Shown here: in pieces, positions 40,772 through 51,634 of the stretch
How positions within the stretch are numbered: the stretch's first letter is position 1
Layout: every line of letters begins with the position of its first letter
From: Candidatus Thorarchaeota archaeon
Lineage (GTDB): Archaea > Asgardarchaeota > Thorarchaeia > Thorarchaeales > Thorarchaeaceae
Direction: 5' to 3'
Assembly (NCBI GenBank): GCA_963726195.1
Contig: CAVSBO010000003.1
Coordinates: 32,001 to 96,000, forward strand
Length of the DNA: 64,000 nucleotides
Made by a program: the position numbers and the translations under genes
The notes under the pieces: generated by a model
What the model saw: only the letters and a program-made list of their open reading frames with translations
The model's database searches: none
Told to the model about the DNA's origin: nothing

Positions 40772-41770
40772 ATGGAGGAATCCCAAGTGAAAGCGGTCCA
40801 AGCAACTGACCTGACGAAGATGTATTCGGACTTCAAGGCGGTTGATTCAATCTCGTTCGACGTTGACGAGGGACAGATATTCGGGCTTCTTGGGCCAAAC
40901 GGTGCCGGGAAGACGACGACTATACGAATGGCGCTCACTCTCATCAGACCCACATCTGGAAGCATCAAGGTGTTTGGTATCGACTGCGTAAAATCAGCAG
41001 CATCTGTGCGACAAATCTCGGGTTACGTCCCCCAGGAGGTCTCCATAGACACGGACCTCTCAGGTTACGAGAATCTTCTGATGTATTCGAAGTTATATTA
41101 TACGCCGAAACAGGAGCGAGGCAAGAGAATCCAAGATGCTCTTGAGTACATGGAGCTCGCTGACCGCCAGCACGATTTGGCTAAGACTTATTCCGGGGGT
41201 ATGATGCGGCGCCTAGAGATAGCCCAAGCACTCATGAACAGACCCAAGATGCTCTTTCTCGACGAGCCAAGCATCGGCTTGGATCCATCAGCAAAGACTA
41301 CTGTCTGGGACCACGTAATGCACTTGAGAGATGAATACGGGACCACGATATTGGTGACCACTCATGACATGCATGAAGCCGAAGTGCTTTGCGACAAGAT
41401 TGCCATAATGAACACAGGAAAGATTGTAGTGGAGGGTTCGCCAAAGCAACTCAAGGATGATCTGGGCGGCGACATGATCTCAATCACAGCTCATGATGGA
41501 GATTGCTCATCGATTCTTCAAGAGCACGGGCAACTACTGGTATCAAAGCCCGATGAGGGAACATACGAGCTGGTGGTAGTTCAGGGTGAAAAGGCAATAC
41601 CCGCGATTTTGGAATCTCTTGAGATTCACAAGATACATGTGGAGTCCGTATCGCTCAAGAAGTCTACACTCGATGATGTGTTTCTGAAGTACGCGGGGGC
41701 TAGGATTCAGAACGGCGGCACATGGCGCGATGCGCGAGTCACGAGAACGGCACTCAGGAAGCGAAAATAA
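40772..41770 (+). CDS. ABC exporter ATP-binding subunit (DrrA-like)
   Basis: GPNGAGKTT, YSGGMMRRLEIA, FLDEPSIGLD, TTHDM, C-terminal TLDDVFLKY.G. Confidence 0.92.
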   Translation: MEESQVKAVQATDLTKMYSDFKAVDSISFDVDEGQIFGLLGPNGAGKTTTIRMALTLIRPTSGSIKVFGIDCVKSAASVRQISGYVPQEVSIDTDLSGYENLLMYSKLYYTPKQERGKRIQDALEYMELADRQHDLAKTYSGGMMRRLEIAQALMNRPKMLFLDEPSIGLDPSAKTTVWDHVMHLRDEYGTTILVTTHDMHEAEVLCDKIAIMNTGKIVVEGSPKQLKDDLGGDMISITAHDGDCSSILQEHGQLLVSKPDEGTYELVVVQGEKAIPAILESLEIHKIHVESVSLKKSTLDDVFLKYAGARIQNGGTWRDARVTRTALRKRK

Positions 41771-42540
41771 TGATTGGATCAAAATTCTTGCTAACAGTGT
41801 CCACTCTGGCTGAGTTCGAGCTGCGAAAGCTCAGGCACGATTCTTCGGAGATATTCATACGCGGAGTTCAGCCAGCGCTTTGGCTCCTCGTTTTCGGGAC
41901 CACATTTGCCAGCATGAGAGCCATGGACGTTGCGCCCTTCACCTACCTTCAGTTCCTTGCTCCGGGAGTGTTGTCACAGTCCGTGATGTTTGTCGCAGTC
42001 TTCTATGGGATAATGCTCGTCTGGGAGAGGGACCTTGGGCTTCTAAACAAGCTCCTATCTACGCCAGCCCCTCGGTCAGCAATAGTCTTGGGCAAGGCTC
42101 TATCAGCCGGGGTCAGAGGCATATTCCAAGCCATCGTGATCTTCGTTCTGGCCCTTGTCATCAACGTTCAGCTGAGTCTGAATCCGCTAGACCTTATTGG
42201 AGTCACATTGGTCATAGTGATTGCCGGGATGTGCTTCTCATGCCTGTCTATGTGCTTGGCTCCAATATTCAAGAGCCGAGAAAGGATGATGGGCATAGGT
42301 CAAGCAATAACCATGCCTCTATTCTTCACTAGTAGTGCAATCTATCCACTCAGCGCGATGCCCGATTGGCTCAAGGTTATCTCAAGGTACAATCCTCTGA
42401 GCTATCTCACGGATGCGATGAGAGCTCTGTTGCTGCCGGGATACTATTCGAACATTCCCCTCGACTTGGGCGCGAGTCTTCTCGCTACCGCGATATTCGC
42501 CGCAATAGCAACTATTCTCTTCAGACGAATTCTCGAATAG
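41770..42540 (+). CDS. ABC-2 type permease (DrrB-like)
   Basis: YLQFLAPG, WERDLG...LSTP, PLFFTSSAIYP, NPLSY. TAATG overlap with the ATPase. Confidence 0.92.
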   Translation: MIGSKFLLTVSTLAEFELRKLRHDSSEIFIRGVQPALWLLVFGTTFASMRAMDVAPFTYLQFLAPGVLSQSVMFVAVFYGIMLVWERDLGLLNKLLSTPAPRSAIVLGKALSAGVRGIFQAIVIFVLALVINVQLSLNPLDLIGVTLVIVIAGMCFSCLSMCLAPIFKSRERMMGIGQAITMPLFFTSSAIYPLSAMPDWLKVISRYNPLSYLTDAMRALLLPGYYSNIPLDLGASLLATAIFAAIATILFRRILE

Positions 42541-42608
42541 AGGCCTGCTGTACGGGTGCCGTTATCAGGTCGCACAAATCTGATAAGCTCTCGTTCGTCT
42601 GAAAACAC

Positions 42609-43259
42609 TTGAGAGCGATGATGGAGAGAGGACCGTACGATTGTCCGTTTTGCGGTGCTCCTTACAAGGCTGAACTGGCATCAGGCATGGTCGAGACCGA
42701 GTGCAAGATATGTGGGGGTCGGTTCCTGATTCCTTCTAGCCTGAGCGGTTTGCACGGACAATGCGTGAACCACCCCGGGTCTGAACAATTCGGACTATGC
42801 AGCGAGTGCAGCCAAGGTTTCTGTGAACGATGTCTCCACGTAATAGACCAAGGAGAAAAGAATCTATATCTTTGTCCGACATGCACTGCGGAGTACATTC
42901 ATTCGTACTCCACCGGGTCTGCGTGCTTCATTGTGGCCGGAGTGCTCACCTTCCTAACTGGGTTCTTTCAGGTACTACCTGTGACTATTTGGACTCGTTC
43001 GGTTCCTGAGTGGTTAGTGGTCTATGGCATAGGGTTTTTCTTCATGGGGGTCTTCTTTCACTTCTTTCGTCCTGCGGTGCCCACTCTTGAAGAGAAACGG
43101 CGTAACGACAAGATGAATGCGCGCGTCAATTGGGCGGAATGTCCCTATTGCAAGGCGGGTTACTTCTATAGCCTTCATCAGATCAGGCCTGATTGGACAG
43201 TGAATTGTCAGAACTGCAATCTGCCAATCGACCTACGAAGTGCCTTTCACGACATGTGA
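42609..43259 (+). CDS. Zn-ribbon / B-box-like / 2TM / Zn-ribbon protein, copy 5
   Basis: CPFCG..CKICG; CVNHP...CSEC...FCERCL...CPTC; two TM; CPYC..IRPDWTVNCQNC (shared with copy 4). Confidence 0.78.
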   Translation: MRAMMERGPYDCPFCGAPYKAELASGMVETECKICGGRFLIPSSLSGLHGQCVNHPGSEQFGLCSECSQGFCERCLHVIDQGEKNLYLCPTCTAEYIHSYSTGSACFIVAGVLTFLTGFFQVLPVTIWTRSVPEWLVVYGIGFFFMGVFFHFFRPAVPTLEEKRRNDKMNARVNWAECPYCKAGYFYSLHQIRPDWTVNCQNCNLPIDLRSAFHDM

Positions 43260-43300
43260 GTCATGGGGCTTCACAACGACGGAAGATTTCGCCCTGTTGT

Positions 43301-45173
43301 TCAGCGTGTGGAGTGAGCTTCCTGCTTGAGCGACTGGATATGTGCCTTCAGGACATCCTCTGAGTTATCAGCTCTCACGAAGATGGGTACACTGTCCAAC
43401 CCAGTGGCTACGTAACTCGACAACAGCCAAGAGCCGGGTGGAAACTCAAGTGTCTTGTCCAGAATGCTCAGATCTATCTGGAACGAACTGCTGACGACCG
43501 TGCGATCGTATGGTCTGGGCAATGTGCCCACGAAGAAAGTGTGAAGTTGCTGCATGATGTTAGTGTTCACGTAGGCTATCCTCTGAGTAGCAATAGCCCC
43601 GCCCAGTCCATACTTCCTGCCCTGTCGAAGCAGTGTTCTCAACGGAGCGACTACAGCGAGCAACGTCTCCTGTAGCACCTGAAGGGATGAACTCCTGAGC
43701 CTCGTCAAAGACAAAGAGCATCTGAGGCTTGATTTGGAAGCTTCTTTTCCTGTGCCTAAGAGCCGAGCCAGTCATGCTGACTACGAGTTCCCTTAATGTC
43801 TCCGGGTCTGCGATAGAGACGCAAATTACCCGTTCTTCCCCCCATAGCATTCTCAGAATGTCTTTCGCACTGACCCCGGACTTCTTAGCTTTCTTTGCCC
43901 GTCCCAGCGAGTCCTTGAGTTTGCCCCTCGTTTTTGCCCATGCATAGACGTTTGACTTTTCGCTTACAAAGAACGCTTGAACGGCAGCCTGAGCAGCACC
44001 ATCAAATATCTCCACGAACTGGCTATCTATCTCGTCACTGTCGTTCTTTTTCGATGTCTCCATCCACGCTTCTACAGCGGCCATGACTTCATCTATCGCC
44101 TGCACATATGTTGGCTTTCCGGACGAATCGGCTTTGAGCTCCCGCATTTCCTCGATGATGCTGCCGTATGTTGGCACTTGTGCAAGAGGTTGATTGAAGA
44201 ACGTAACTCGCCCGGCATCATAGACTGCTTTGAGAGCCTCGTTGGCTTTCGAATCGTCCTCGAAATCCCGCGGCTTCACGATAGTACGAGCGAAGTCGTC
44301 CGCAGTACTTGCCTCTTCTTCAAGTATGATGCGAGAAGGAATTTTGGGATCTGAGAAGACATCGCAAAGCAGGAACGGGTACTCGCAGCTGATGTCAAAT
44401 AGGACCAGCTTAGTGTCTGTCACATGGTATAGTATTCTCCTGAGCAAGTTTGCCATCAGATTGCTCTTTCCGCCTCCTGTAAAGGAAAAGACACCGAAGT
44501 GGTAGCGTACCAACTTAGTAAGATCCACATAGATTGGTACCTCCTTTCCGGACTCCATGAACATCCTGAGTAGCCCAATCCTAGGATCCTTTCGGGGGTC
44601 GGCTGAGCTTGTCTTCTTCTTATACCCAAGAGCCTCTTTCACCTTCCCATTGTAGATCAGGTCCACAGTCTCCATATTGATTACGTGGACCTTGCCACCG
44701 AGAAGTGGATACGAGAACCCTTTCTTGAAATCGACCTTGCCTGATGAGTCGACGACCATATCATAGTTAATCGGTATGGCGTCGAGGTGAATCATCATTG
44801 TGGCTTGGTCATCGGTATCCCAATCTGGAAGAGCCTGTTCAATGACTTCCATCTGAAGAGGATAGTAATGACTGTCACTAACGCCCCCCAATCCATAGTG
44901 CAACGGCCATATCTTTGAAATGACCATGACGGTGTATCTCTGAAGGTTCTTCTCGATTGACAACTTGGACTGACCGCGGAAGTTGTTGACTGCGAGCATC
45001 ATGCCCTCTTCCAGCTGAGCCATGAGTTCCTTGTTGTAACGAACTTTCACTCTGCAGTCATATCTGGCCGCGGAAGCCGCCCACTCCGATGTGTAATTCG
45101 CAGCGACAGGAATAACCCGTGCTAGAACACCATCAAAGGTTCCATCAAAGTCTGTGAATAGTTGTTCAGCCAT
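43301..45173 (-). CDS. herA: HerA-family ATPase/helicase (frameshift at ~43637)
   Basis: HAS-barrel-like N-terminus, HFGVFSFTGGGKSN, LFDISCEY, FVFDEAQEFIP, LRQGRKYGLG..IATQR. Confidence 0.85.
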
Positions 45174-47084
45174 ATCTCCTTGTTTGCTCAACTTCTGACC
45201 TCCTTTCTCTGAAGGTGCTGAGATAGAACAGGAATTCTCTTAGTTGAGGCCTGTTTGTTAACCAACACCCCGTGCTTTCGACCATCGACGAAAACTGTGA
45301 GTAATGAAATTTCGCAATCTTGTCAGCTGATGTACAGCGGCCTTAGGTGGCCAAACAGCTCCGGGATGCTGTTGCTAGTCATCTTCGTGAATAAGCTCAT
45401 GATAAACGACTGTATAGCATTCTCTCTTGCCAGATAGAGAACAACATAAACGGGCTCGGGCTCGTCGGGCTTTTCCATGTAGTCGTGCATCAAAGTAAGA
45501 ATCTGGCCGTCATCTGTATCAAAGTCTGGGTAGACGAGGCGGTCATAGAGGAGCACGTTACTTCGAAGCTTGGGATCGGACTTGGCCTGTGATAGTTGAA
45601 AATACGCTTTGGCGAAAGTCTTGTTGAGGGATATCTGATTGCGTCGTGCTCCGGAAACCAGCCCCTTCACTCCGCCGAAGTGCGGAACAGCAGTTTTGAA
45701 AGCTGTATCGTACTCACATGTGGCCCATGGCACCTTGAGCTTTTCTCGTTCCTGCAGAGAAACCCACTGGAGTATCATCCTATCAGTGTCAGGGATGTTC
45801 TCGCTGTCGGCGAAATTGCCTCTGAAATGCCCTGTATGATTCAGGACCGGGAGCAACTGCCTCTTCAAGTCTCTTGCAGAGGTATCCTTGGCTACACCGA
45901 TTAGGAGAGACCTGTTTTTCCAGCACTTTTCCGAAATCAGCTGAAGACAACACAATGCGAGAAAAGCCAGGTCTGTCGTGGTCAACCACTTGAAGCCAAT
46001 TTTGAACCGGTCCTCAAACGTAACCGACGAATTCTCACTGAACATTCTTTCACATACGTCGTTCACGAGACGCTCTGTGCGTTTCTTCAGGTCCTTTGCT
46101 GCGGGTTTCAAGACGAAATGATCGCGTTCTCTCGTCAGTATTCCTTGGGCTAACCTCTTTCCTCCGATACCGGTCTCCAGCGCATGGTCCAGGCGAGCTC
46201 TGCTAGATTCAGTGGTGAGTCCCAAGCGTTCAATAAGCTGGTCTCGGGTAAGACCTGATCCCTTTTCGGACAGGAGCTCGGTGATTACTCTGGGCAACAA
46301 GTATTCTCCTCTCGCTGGGGGTGTTCCCAAGGCGGGATTGCCAAATATCTGACGAGAGTAGACCCAGTCGGTAGCCGTGTATGGTCTGCCGTCGACCTTC
46401 GCGCCGATGAGGCCGCATTGTGTTTCAAGATTGATTCTCGAATCTGAGGTCTCAAAGTAGAACGACGACAGTTCTGATGAGCATATCCGGTCAAGGAGAA
46501 GAATGTCAACAGGCGTCTCGGAAGCTGACGAGCTTGTAGCCCAGATAGAACTCCGCGAGGCTCATCATGTAGTCTGCAAAGGCAGAGTTGTCTATCACCC
46601 ACGAATCACTCGGAGTAATGGAATCGTCGATAGAACCGTCTTCATCCGTGACAAGCAGTGTACGGTCGATACTTAGGACGTCATTAATGTACATGGGCAG
46701 AACACTGGAAACCCCGAGCCCTGTTTCTAGACAGGAGTCATCACATTCAATCTTTACGGCTCCTGAGGGACTCACATGAGCAGCACCGTGGGCTGAATAT
46801 GCCCCAGCGAAGAACACTATGAGATCAAAGACAGGGTACTTGCATACAGTACCATCCACACCTGCAAACGTGAGGTCGCGTTTTCCGAAGAACTTGTCTA
46901 CGAATGAGACATCGACGGTATCTGGTGGGTATGATGTAAGTATCTTTGAGAGAAACGCATCGTAAGACCCCTGAAGCGAGCCGAACCTCTGCTGATAATC
47001 GCTTACCTGCGTTTGAGCTCCACCTAGCAACAGGTCACCTGTCTGTTTTATCCTGCGGCTAATGCGGGACCCTTTCTCTGTCAC
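45166..47084 (-). CDS. nurA: Large NurA-like nuclease (~640 aa; frameshifts at ~46522 and ~45329)
   Basis: FAGVDGT, MSLAEFYL, VDILLLDR, LIGVAKDT and C-terminal PLYI-ADKIAK match the NurA RNase H-fold pattern. The restored stop overlaps the herA start by 8 nt. Confidence 0.72.
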
Positions 47085-47142
47085 GACCTCTCGCCGCCAC
47101 TCAAGGCGTGTTCATTTGTGAGTTTTCGGCTTAATAAGTAAC

Positions 47143-48462
47143 TCACTTCTCTCCGGCTTCAGACCCGCTTTCCGAGAGACTGGCGTTCTCCTTCACTGTC
47201 CGACCCATCCATTTCAATGCAATCAATGTGGCGACGATTGAGAGCAGTCCTAGGACACAGGCGATTCTCCAAAGAGAACGGATGCTTCCCGTGAAAGCCC
47301 AGATGAGGGCTCCCGCCGGGGCTGCGAATACTCCCGTTGAGCTCATCATGAACTGCCAAGTGCCCAGAGCTCTTCCTTTCATCTCTGGGCTTACTCCCCT
47401 CACAACGAGAGTTCTTTCAGCGCTGATCCACATGACGATGGGTACTGCCCAGAGCACATTGAACAAGACCATCATCAAGACGCCCGATCCGAAACTGAAT
47501 GCACCCACGATGAGTGAGTTCGCCGCCAGTGCGAACACCAAGCTCACCTTCGTATTTCGACCCGTGAGACCACTCGCAGAGTACGAGGCCACCGCTGTCG
47601 CCAGCGAGGAAACGCTCCAAGTATATCCGAAAGTCACTCGATCTATGCCCCATTCATCAACACATAGTGGTCCCAAATACGATACTGCCAGATACCACAC
47701 AGTGTAGAAGCCCAACATGCCTGTCGCGAACTTCCAGAAATGAGCTCCTAATCTCCGAGGAGAAGTAATGACCTTGGCTTTTGCTTTTGTTTGATTGTCA
47801 GAGCTGAGACTCTCCCGGACAGCGGCGAGCGTGGCGACGAGTGCAATCAAGGCAGCTACCGAGCCAAGGAAGAAGAGGTACTGCGGGCTATACCCTTCAT
47901 TGAATAATGTCGCACCGATGATAGGACAGAGGCCATCGACGAAATACGCTGGCATGACAACCATCATGAACTTGCGTGGAGCGTCAGGTTGGCCGGATGC
48001 AGCGATTTCGTCGGCGGGGGCGGCCCTGGATATGATGAGGATAAATGCCCATCCGAAATAAGTCAGGCCGAACGAGAACGTGATGAGCGGCCAGACTGGC
48101 ATCTGGGACAACAAAGTCAGTCCGAAGAAAATCGGTATCAATGAGAGTGCCATGGTCACTCTTCTGCCAAACGCGTCTGAGATGAACCCTGATGCTAGAT
48201 AGCCAATCAAGGTTGCAAAGGTTCCTGATGAGTATGTGAGTCCGATTTGCAGAGGGTCGAACTTCAGTACGTCCTTCAGGAAAATAGCAAATTGCCAGCT
48301 CCATAGGCTCATGGAGAACTGAGCGATGCCAACGACGATTGCCAAGCGCCAGAGTCTTCCGCTGAGACCAAGGAGCACTCGGCCTGAAGAGGCCACCTTG
48401 CCGTTTTCTGGCAAAGGCACAGGCGAAGTGATGCTTGGTGCGTCCTCTGGCACGGAATTCAT
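47143..48462 (-). CDS. MFS transporter
   Basis: 12 TM helices, motif A GFISDAFGRR, PEMKGRALG. Confidence 0.88.
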   Translation of the reverse strand: MNSVPEDAPSITSPVPLPENGKVASSGRVLLGLSGRLWRLAIVVGIAQFSMSLWSWQFAIFLKDVLKFDPLQIGLTYSSGTFATLIGYLASGFISDAFGRRVTMALSLIPIFFGLTLLSQMPVWPLITFSFGLTYFGWAFILIISRAAPADEIAASGQPDAPRKFMMVVMPAYFVDGLCPIIGATLFNEGYSPQYLFFLGSVAALIALVATLAAVRESLSSDNQTKAKAKVITSPRRLGAHFWKFATGMLGFYTVWYLAVSYLGPLCVDEWGIDRVTFGYTWSVSSLATAVASYSASGLTGRNTKVSLVFALAANSLIVGAFSFGSGVLMMVLFNVLWAVPIVMWISAERTLVVRGVSPEMKGRALGTWQFMMSSTGVFAAPAGALIWAFTGSIRSLWRIACVLGLLSIVATLIALKWMGRTVKENASLSESGSEAGEK

Positions 48463-48590
48463 CTCTCGGCCCGCCTTCGCCGAATACATCAGCTTAAGAC
48501 ATTGTTCATGACGCTCGTTCTGCCATAGAATGGTTAAAGTGTGGCATCTTGCCAGTCTTGGCCAGCAGCACATCCTAGGAGAATGATGTT

Positions 48591-50609
48591 GTGACGATAG
48601 CTCTGGAAGAAGATGACCTGAGACTCAACAGAGCAGTCACTTTTGAGTACTTGTACACGAACGGCCTTGGCGGTTACGCATCATCCACAGTTGTTGGTCT
48701 CAACACAAGGGGATACCATGGCTTGTTGGTTTCCTCTCTGAATCCACCTGTGGAGCGATGGCTCACGGTCGCCAGAGTGTACGAGGCAATCGGGACCTCT
48801 CAAGGTGAATGGAATCTCGGTACCGAGGAAAACGAGGAAGGCATGTCACTCCGCGGATACAGATTCATGAAGCGTTTTGAGCTGAATCCGTTGCCCCAGA
48901 TGTCTTTTGCCACTGATTCGGTCACGCTTGACAAGACTATCTTCATGGCGTACAGGAGAAACATCACCATCGTGAACTACGAAGTGAAGACAAATGAAGA
49001 GACCGTCTTCACTGTGACTCCGCTTCACACGAACAGATACCTCAACGAACGGCCGGCCCATCTGCCCTTCACTCCCGAGATTGAGCCGATGAACGAACAC
49101 ACCTATCTCGCCTTTGACGACAGGCGGAACAGCCCTTGGGTGTTCGCGTATTCTCCAGAGGCGGAGTTCATGCCTTCTAAGATTAAGACCACCCGCCCTC
49201 AGTTATATCGAGAGGACAAATCGGAGGGCATGCCACATGAGGAGGAACTCTTCGAGGCAGGAGTATTCCACACGATTCTGAGACCCGGCTCTCATTATCT
49301 TTCGTTCCTGTTTGCTGTGGGCAGCTCAAGGGCAGACCTCATAACTGGTCTCGGGCCGCTGGCGAATGCAACTAGAAAGGATTTCACCAGACTCAGATTC
49401 GATGAACTCAAGCGGCGAAAAGTGCTGAATGATAGGGCGTACTCGCTGTCCGGCAAACAACGCGACGAGGACATTGAGTGGCTCATCTTCAATGCAGACT
49501 CATTCATCGTTGATCGAGCGTCCACTAAGGCTAGGTCTGTCATCGCGGGGTATCACAACCTCGTGGATATCGGTCTCGATGCCATGGTCTCTCTGCCTGG
49601 CCTCACTGTCTGTGTTGGCCGATTTCAAGATGCAAGAGAGATACTGACAACATATGCAAGGCACTCCCGATATGGTCTCATACCGAACGACTTCCCTGAA
49701 AGAGGAATCCAGCCGAACTACTCCTCCGTTGATGCATCCTTATGGTTCATACTAGCTGTAAGGAGATACTTGGAGGCTACTAACGACCTTGAGTTCCTGA
49801 GCGGCATTATCTGGGACACCATGGAATCCGTGATTTCAGCTTACAGAATGGGAACGAAGTTCGACACACGTGAGGATACCGACGGACTGATTGCCGCCGG
49901 GATTGAAGGTGTTGAAGTCTCTTGGATGAATGAGCGCATAGAGAACTGGTGTGCAACGCCGCGTATGGGGAAGTGCGTCGAGACAAATGCCCTGTGGTAC
50001 AATGCACTATTGTCTATGGGTGACATGGCTGAGATGAAGGGACTGGACCCGTACGAGCACAGGGCTGTAGCCTCGTGGATCAAAGAGGCTTACCTGCAAA
50101 CGTTCTGGAACGAGGAGCTTGGATGCCTATACGACTTCGTTACCGATGAAGGGAGTGACTCCTCGATTAGACCGAACCAGATCTTCGCCATTTCATTGCG
50201 GTATCCTCTACTCGAGGGAGACAAGGCACAATCAATCCTCAAGGTGGTTACAGACGAACTCCTGACTCCGTACGGTCTCCGAACCCTCAGTCCAAAAGAT
50301 CCTCGATATGCTCCTGCTGTCACCGGAGGTCCTCGTAGTCGTGCAGGTGCAGTTCATCAAGGCGCAGTACACCCTTGGCTTATTGGGCCTTACATCTCTG
50401 CGTATATGGCCGTCAACGGACGAACACCGGCAACTCGCGCTCTAGCACAGAAAGAATTCTTTGCACCCGTACTTCACGCGGTACGGACTGGATGTCTCGG
50501 AACGGTTTCCGATATGTATGATGGCTCCAAGCCGTACCGTGACAGGGGCTGTATTTCGCGAGCAAGGAGCGTCGCAGAGCTACTCAGGGTATATTTTGAT
50601 GAGTTCTAA
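48591..50609 (+). CDS. Glycogen-debranching enzyme (amylo-alpha-1,6-glucosidase) homologue with altered active-site motifs
   Basis: EYLYTNGLGGYASST..NTRGYHGLL, GLIPN, VDASLWF, TPR.GK.VE.NALWYNAL, IRPNQIFA, LLTPYGLRTL. Confidence 0.88.
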   Translation: MTIALEEDDLRLNRAVTFEYLYTNGLGGYASSTVVGLNTRGYHGLLVSSLNPPVERWLTVARVYEAIGTSQGEWNLGTEENEEGMSLRGYRFMKRFELNPLPQMSFATDSVTLDKTIFMAYRRNITIVNYEVKTNEETVFTVTPLHTNRYLNERPAHLPFTPEIEPMNEHTYLAFDDRRNSPWVFAYSPEAEFMPSKIKTTRPQLYREDKSEGMPHEEELFEAGVFHTILRPGSHYLSFLFAVGSSRADLITGLGPLANATRKDFTRLRFDELKRRKVLNDRAYSLSGKQRDEDIEWLIFNADSFIVDRASTKARSVIAGYHNLVDIGLDAMVSLPGLTVCVGRFQDAREILTTYARHSRYGLIPNDFPERGIQPNYSSVDASLWFILAVRRYLEATNDLEFLSGIIWDTMESVISAYRMGTKFDTREDTDGLIAAGIEGVEVSWMNERIENWCATPRMGKCVETNALWYNALLSMGDMAEMKGLDPYEHRAVASWIKEAYLQTFWNEELGCLYDFVTDEGSDSSIRPNQIFAISLRYPLLEGDKAQSILKVVTDELLTPYGLRTLSPKDPRYAPAVTGGPRSRAGAVHQGAVHPWLIGPYISAYMAVNGRTPATRALAQKEFFAPVLHAVRTGCLGTVSDMYDGSKPYRDRGCISRARSVAELLRVYFDEF

Positions 50610-50641
50610 ACAGACCAGAAAAAGCCGAGGGACAACGTGAG

Positions 50642-51634
50642 TTGAGCAAGGCAACGGACATGATTCACAGGGTAAGGGTTCCGACACCATTCCCTGTGGG
50701 AGATGTCAATTGCTATTTGATTGACGGTGAGCCGCTCACTCTAATCGACGTCGGTCCAAAGACAGACGAAGCCTTGCAGACACTGACGAAGGGAGTCACT
50801 CAGACAGGCCACGAACTTGGCGACATAGGGCAAATCATTCTCACGCACGGTCACGTTGACCATACCGGGCTTGCAGCGCAAATCCTCAGAGAAAGGGGAG
50901 GACCTACCAACGATAGAACGCCTGTTCTAATCCATTCTGCAGATCTCATCCGTGTTACAGATTACGAAGGATTCACCAAACAACGAATGGACTCATACCT
51001 GAAGATTATGGCGTCTTCAGGCGTACCTTCCACTGAGAGGCCGGGAATTTCTCAGAAGCTACTGACCAAGTACTATACGGGATTGGGTGAGTCAGTGCCA
51101 CAGGCCCGAGGTCTTGAAGACGGCGATGTTGTTCGCACGGGAATTGGGGAGCTGAAGGTGCTATGGGTTCCCGGTCATTCACAGGGAAGCATTTGTCTGG
51201 TCTCGAAGAGGAATAGGCTGGTGTTCTCCGGAGACCATGTCCTGCTTGATATCAGTTCCAACCCGAGCTTGGATTTCGATGTGGCGACTGAGATAACAAT
51301 GATTACACACATGAGGTCTCTCGAACGAATGAGGCAATTGAAAGGGTATTCTGTTCTGCCCGGACATCGGGAACAGATAACTGACCTCGCCGGTCGTCTT
51401 GACGAGCTCGCGGTTGAGTATCGTCAAAAGCTCGACAAGGCGAAGAGTCTCCTTGACTCGGAGCCGAAGAGTGTCTACCAGATTTCAAGGGTTATCTATG
51501 GCGAATATGATGCTCAGAACATGGTGCTTGCCCTAGCGGAATGTCAGGACCTGTTGAGAATCTTGCAGCAGGATGGTCTTGCTGTCTTGGAAACCAACTC
51601 AGGCATTGTCTGTGCCAGAAAACCCGGCCGATAA
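50642..51634 (+). CDS. MBL-fold metallo-hydrolase
   Basis: VNCYLI, LIDVG, THGHVDHTG, PGHSQGS, FSGDH, PGH. Confidence 0.92.
   Translation: MSKATDMIHRVRVPTPFPVGDVNCYLIDGEPLTLIDVGPKTDEALQTLTKGVTQTGHELGDIGQIILTHGHVDHTGLAAQILRERGGPTNDRTPVLIHSADLIRVTDYEGFTKQRMDSYLKIMASSGVPSTERPGISQKLLTKYYTGLGESVPQARGLEDGDVVRTGIGELKVLWVPGHSQGSICLVSKRNRLVFSGDHVLLDISSNPSLDFDVATEITMITHMRSLERMRQLKGYSVLPGHREQITDLAGRLDELAVEYRQKLDKAKSLLDSEPKSVYQISRVIYGEYDAQNMVLALAECQDLLRILQQDGLAVLETNSGIVCARKPGR

Noticed and set aside
45323-46508. Selenocysteine or pyrrolysine readthrough at internal stops (for example TGA in nurA, MinD, permeases)
   Set aside because: Homology resumes in a different reading frame, so readthrough would not restore the proteins. 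I recognised no SECIS-like element.
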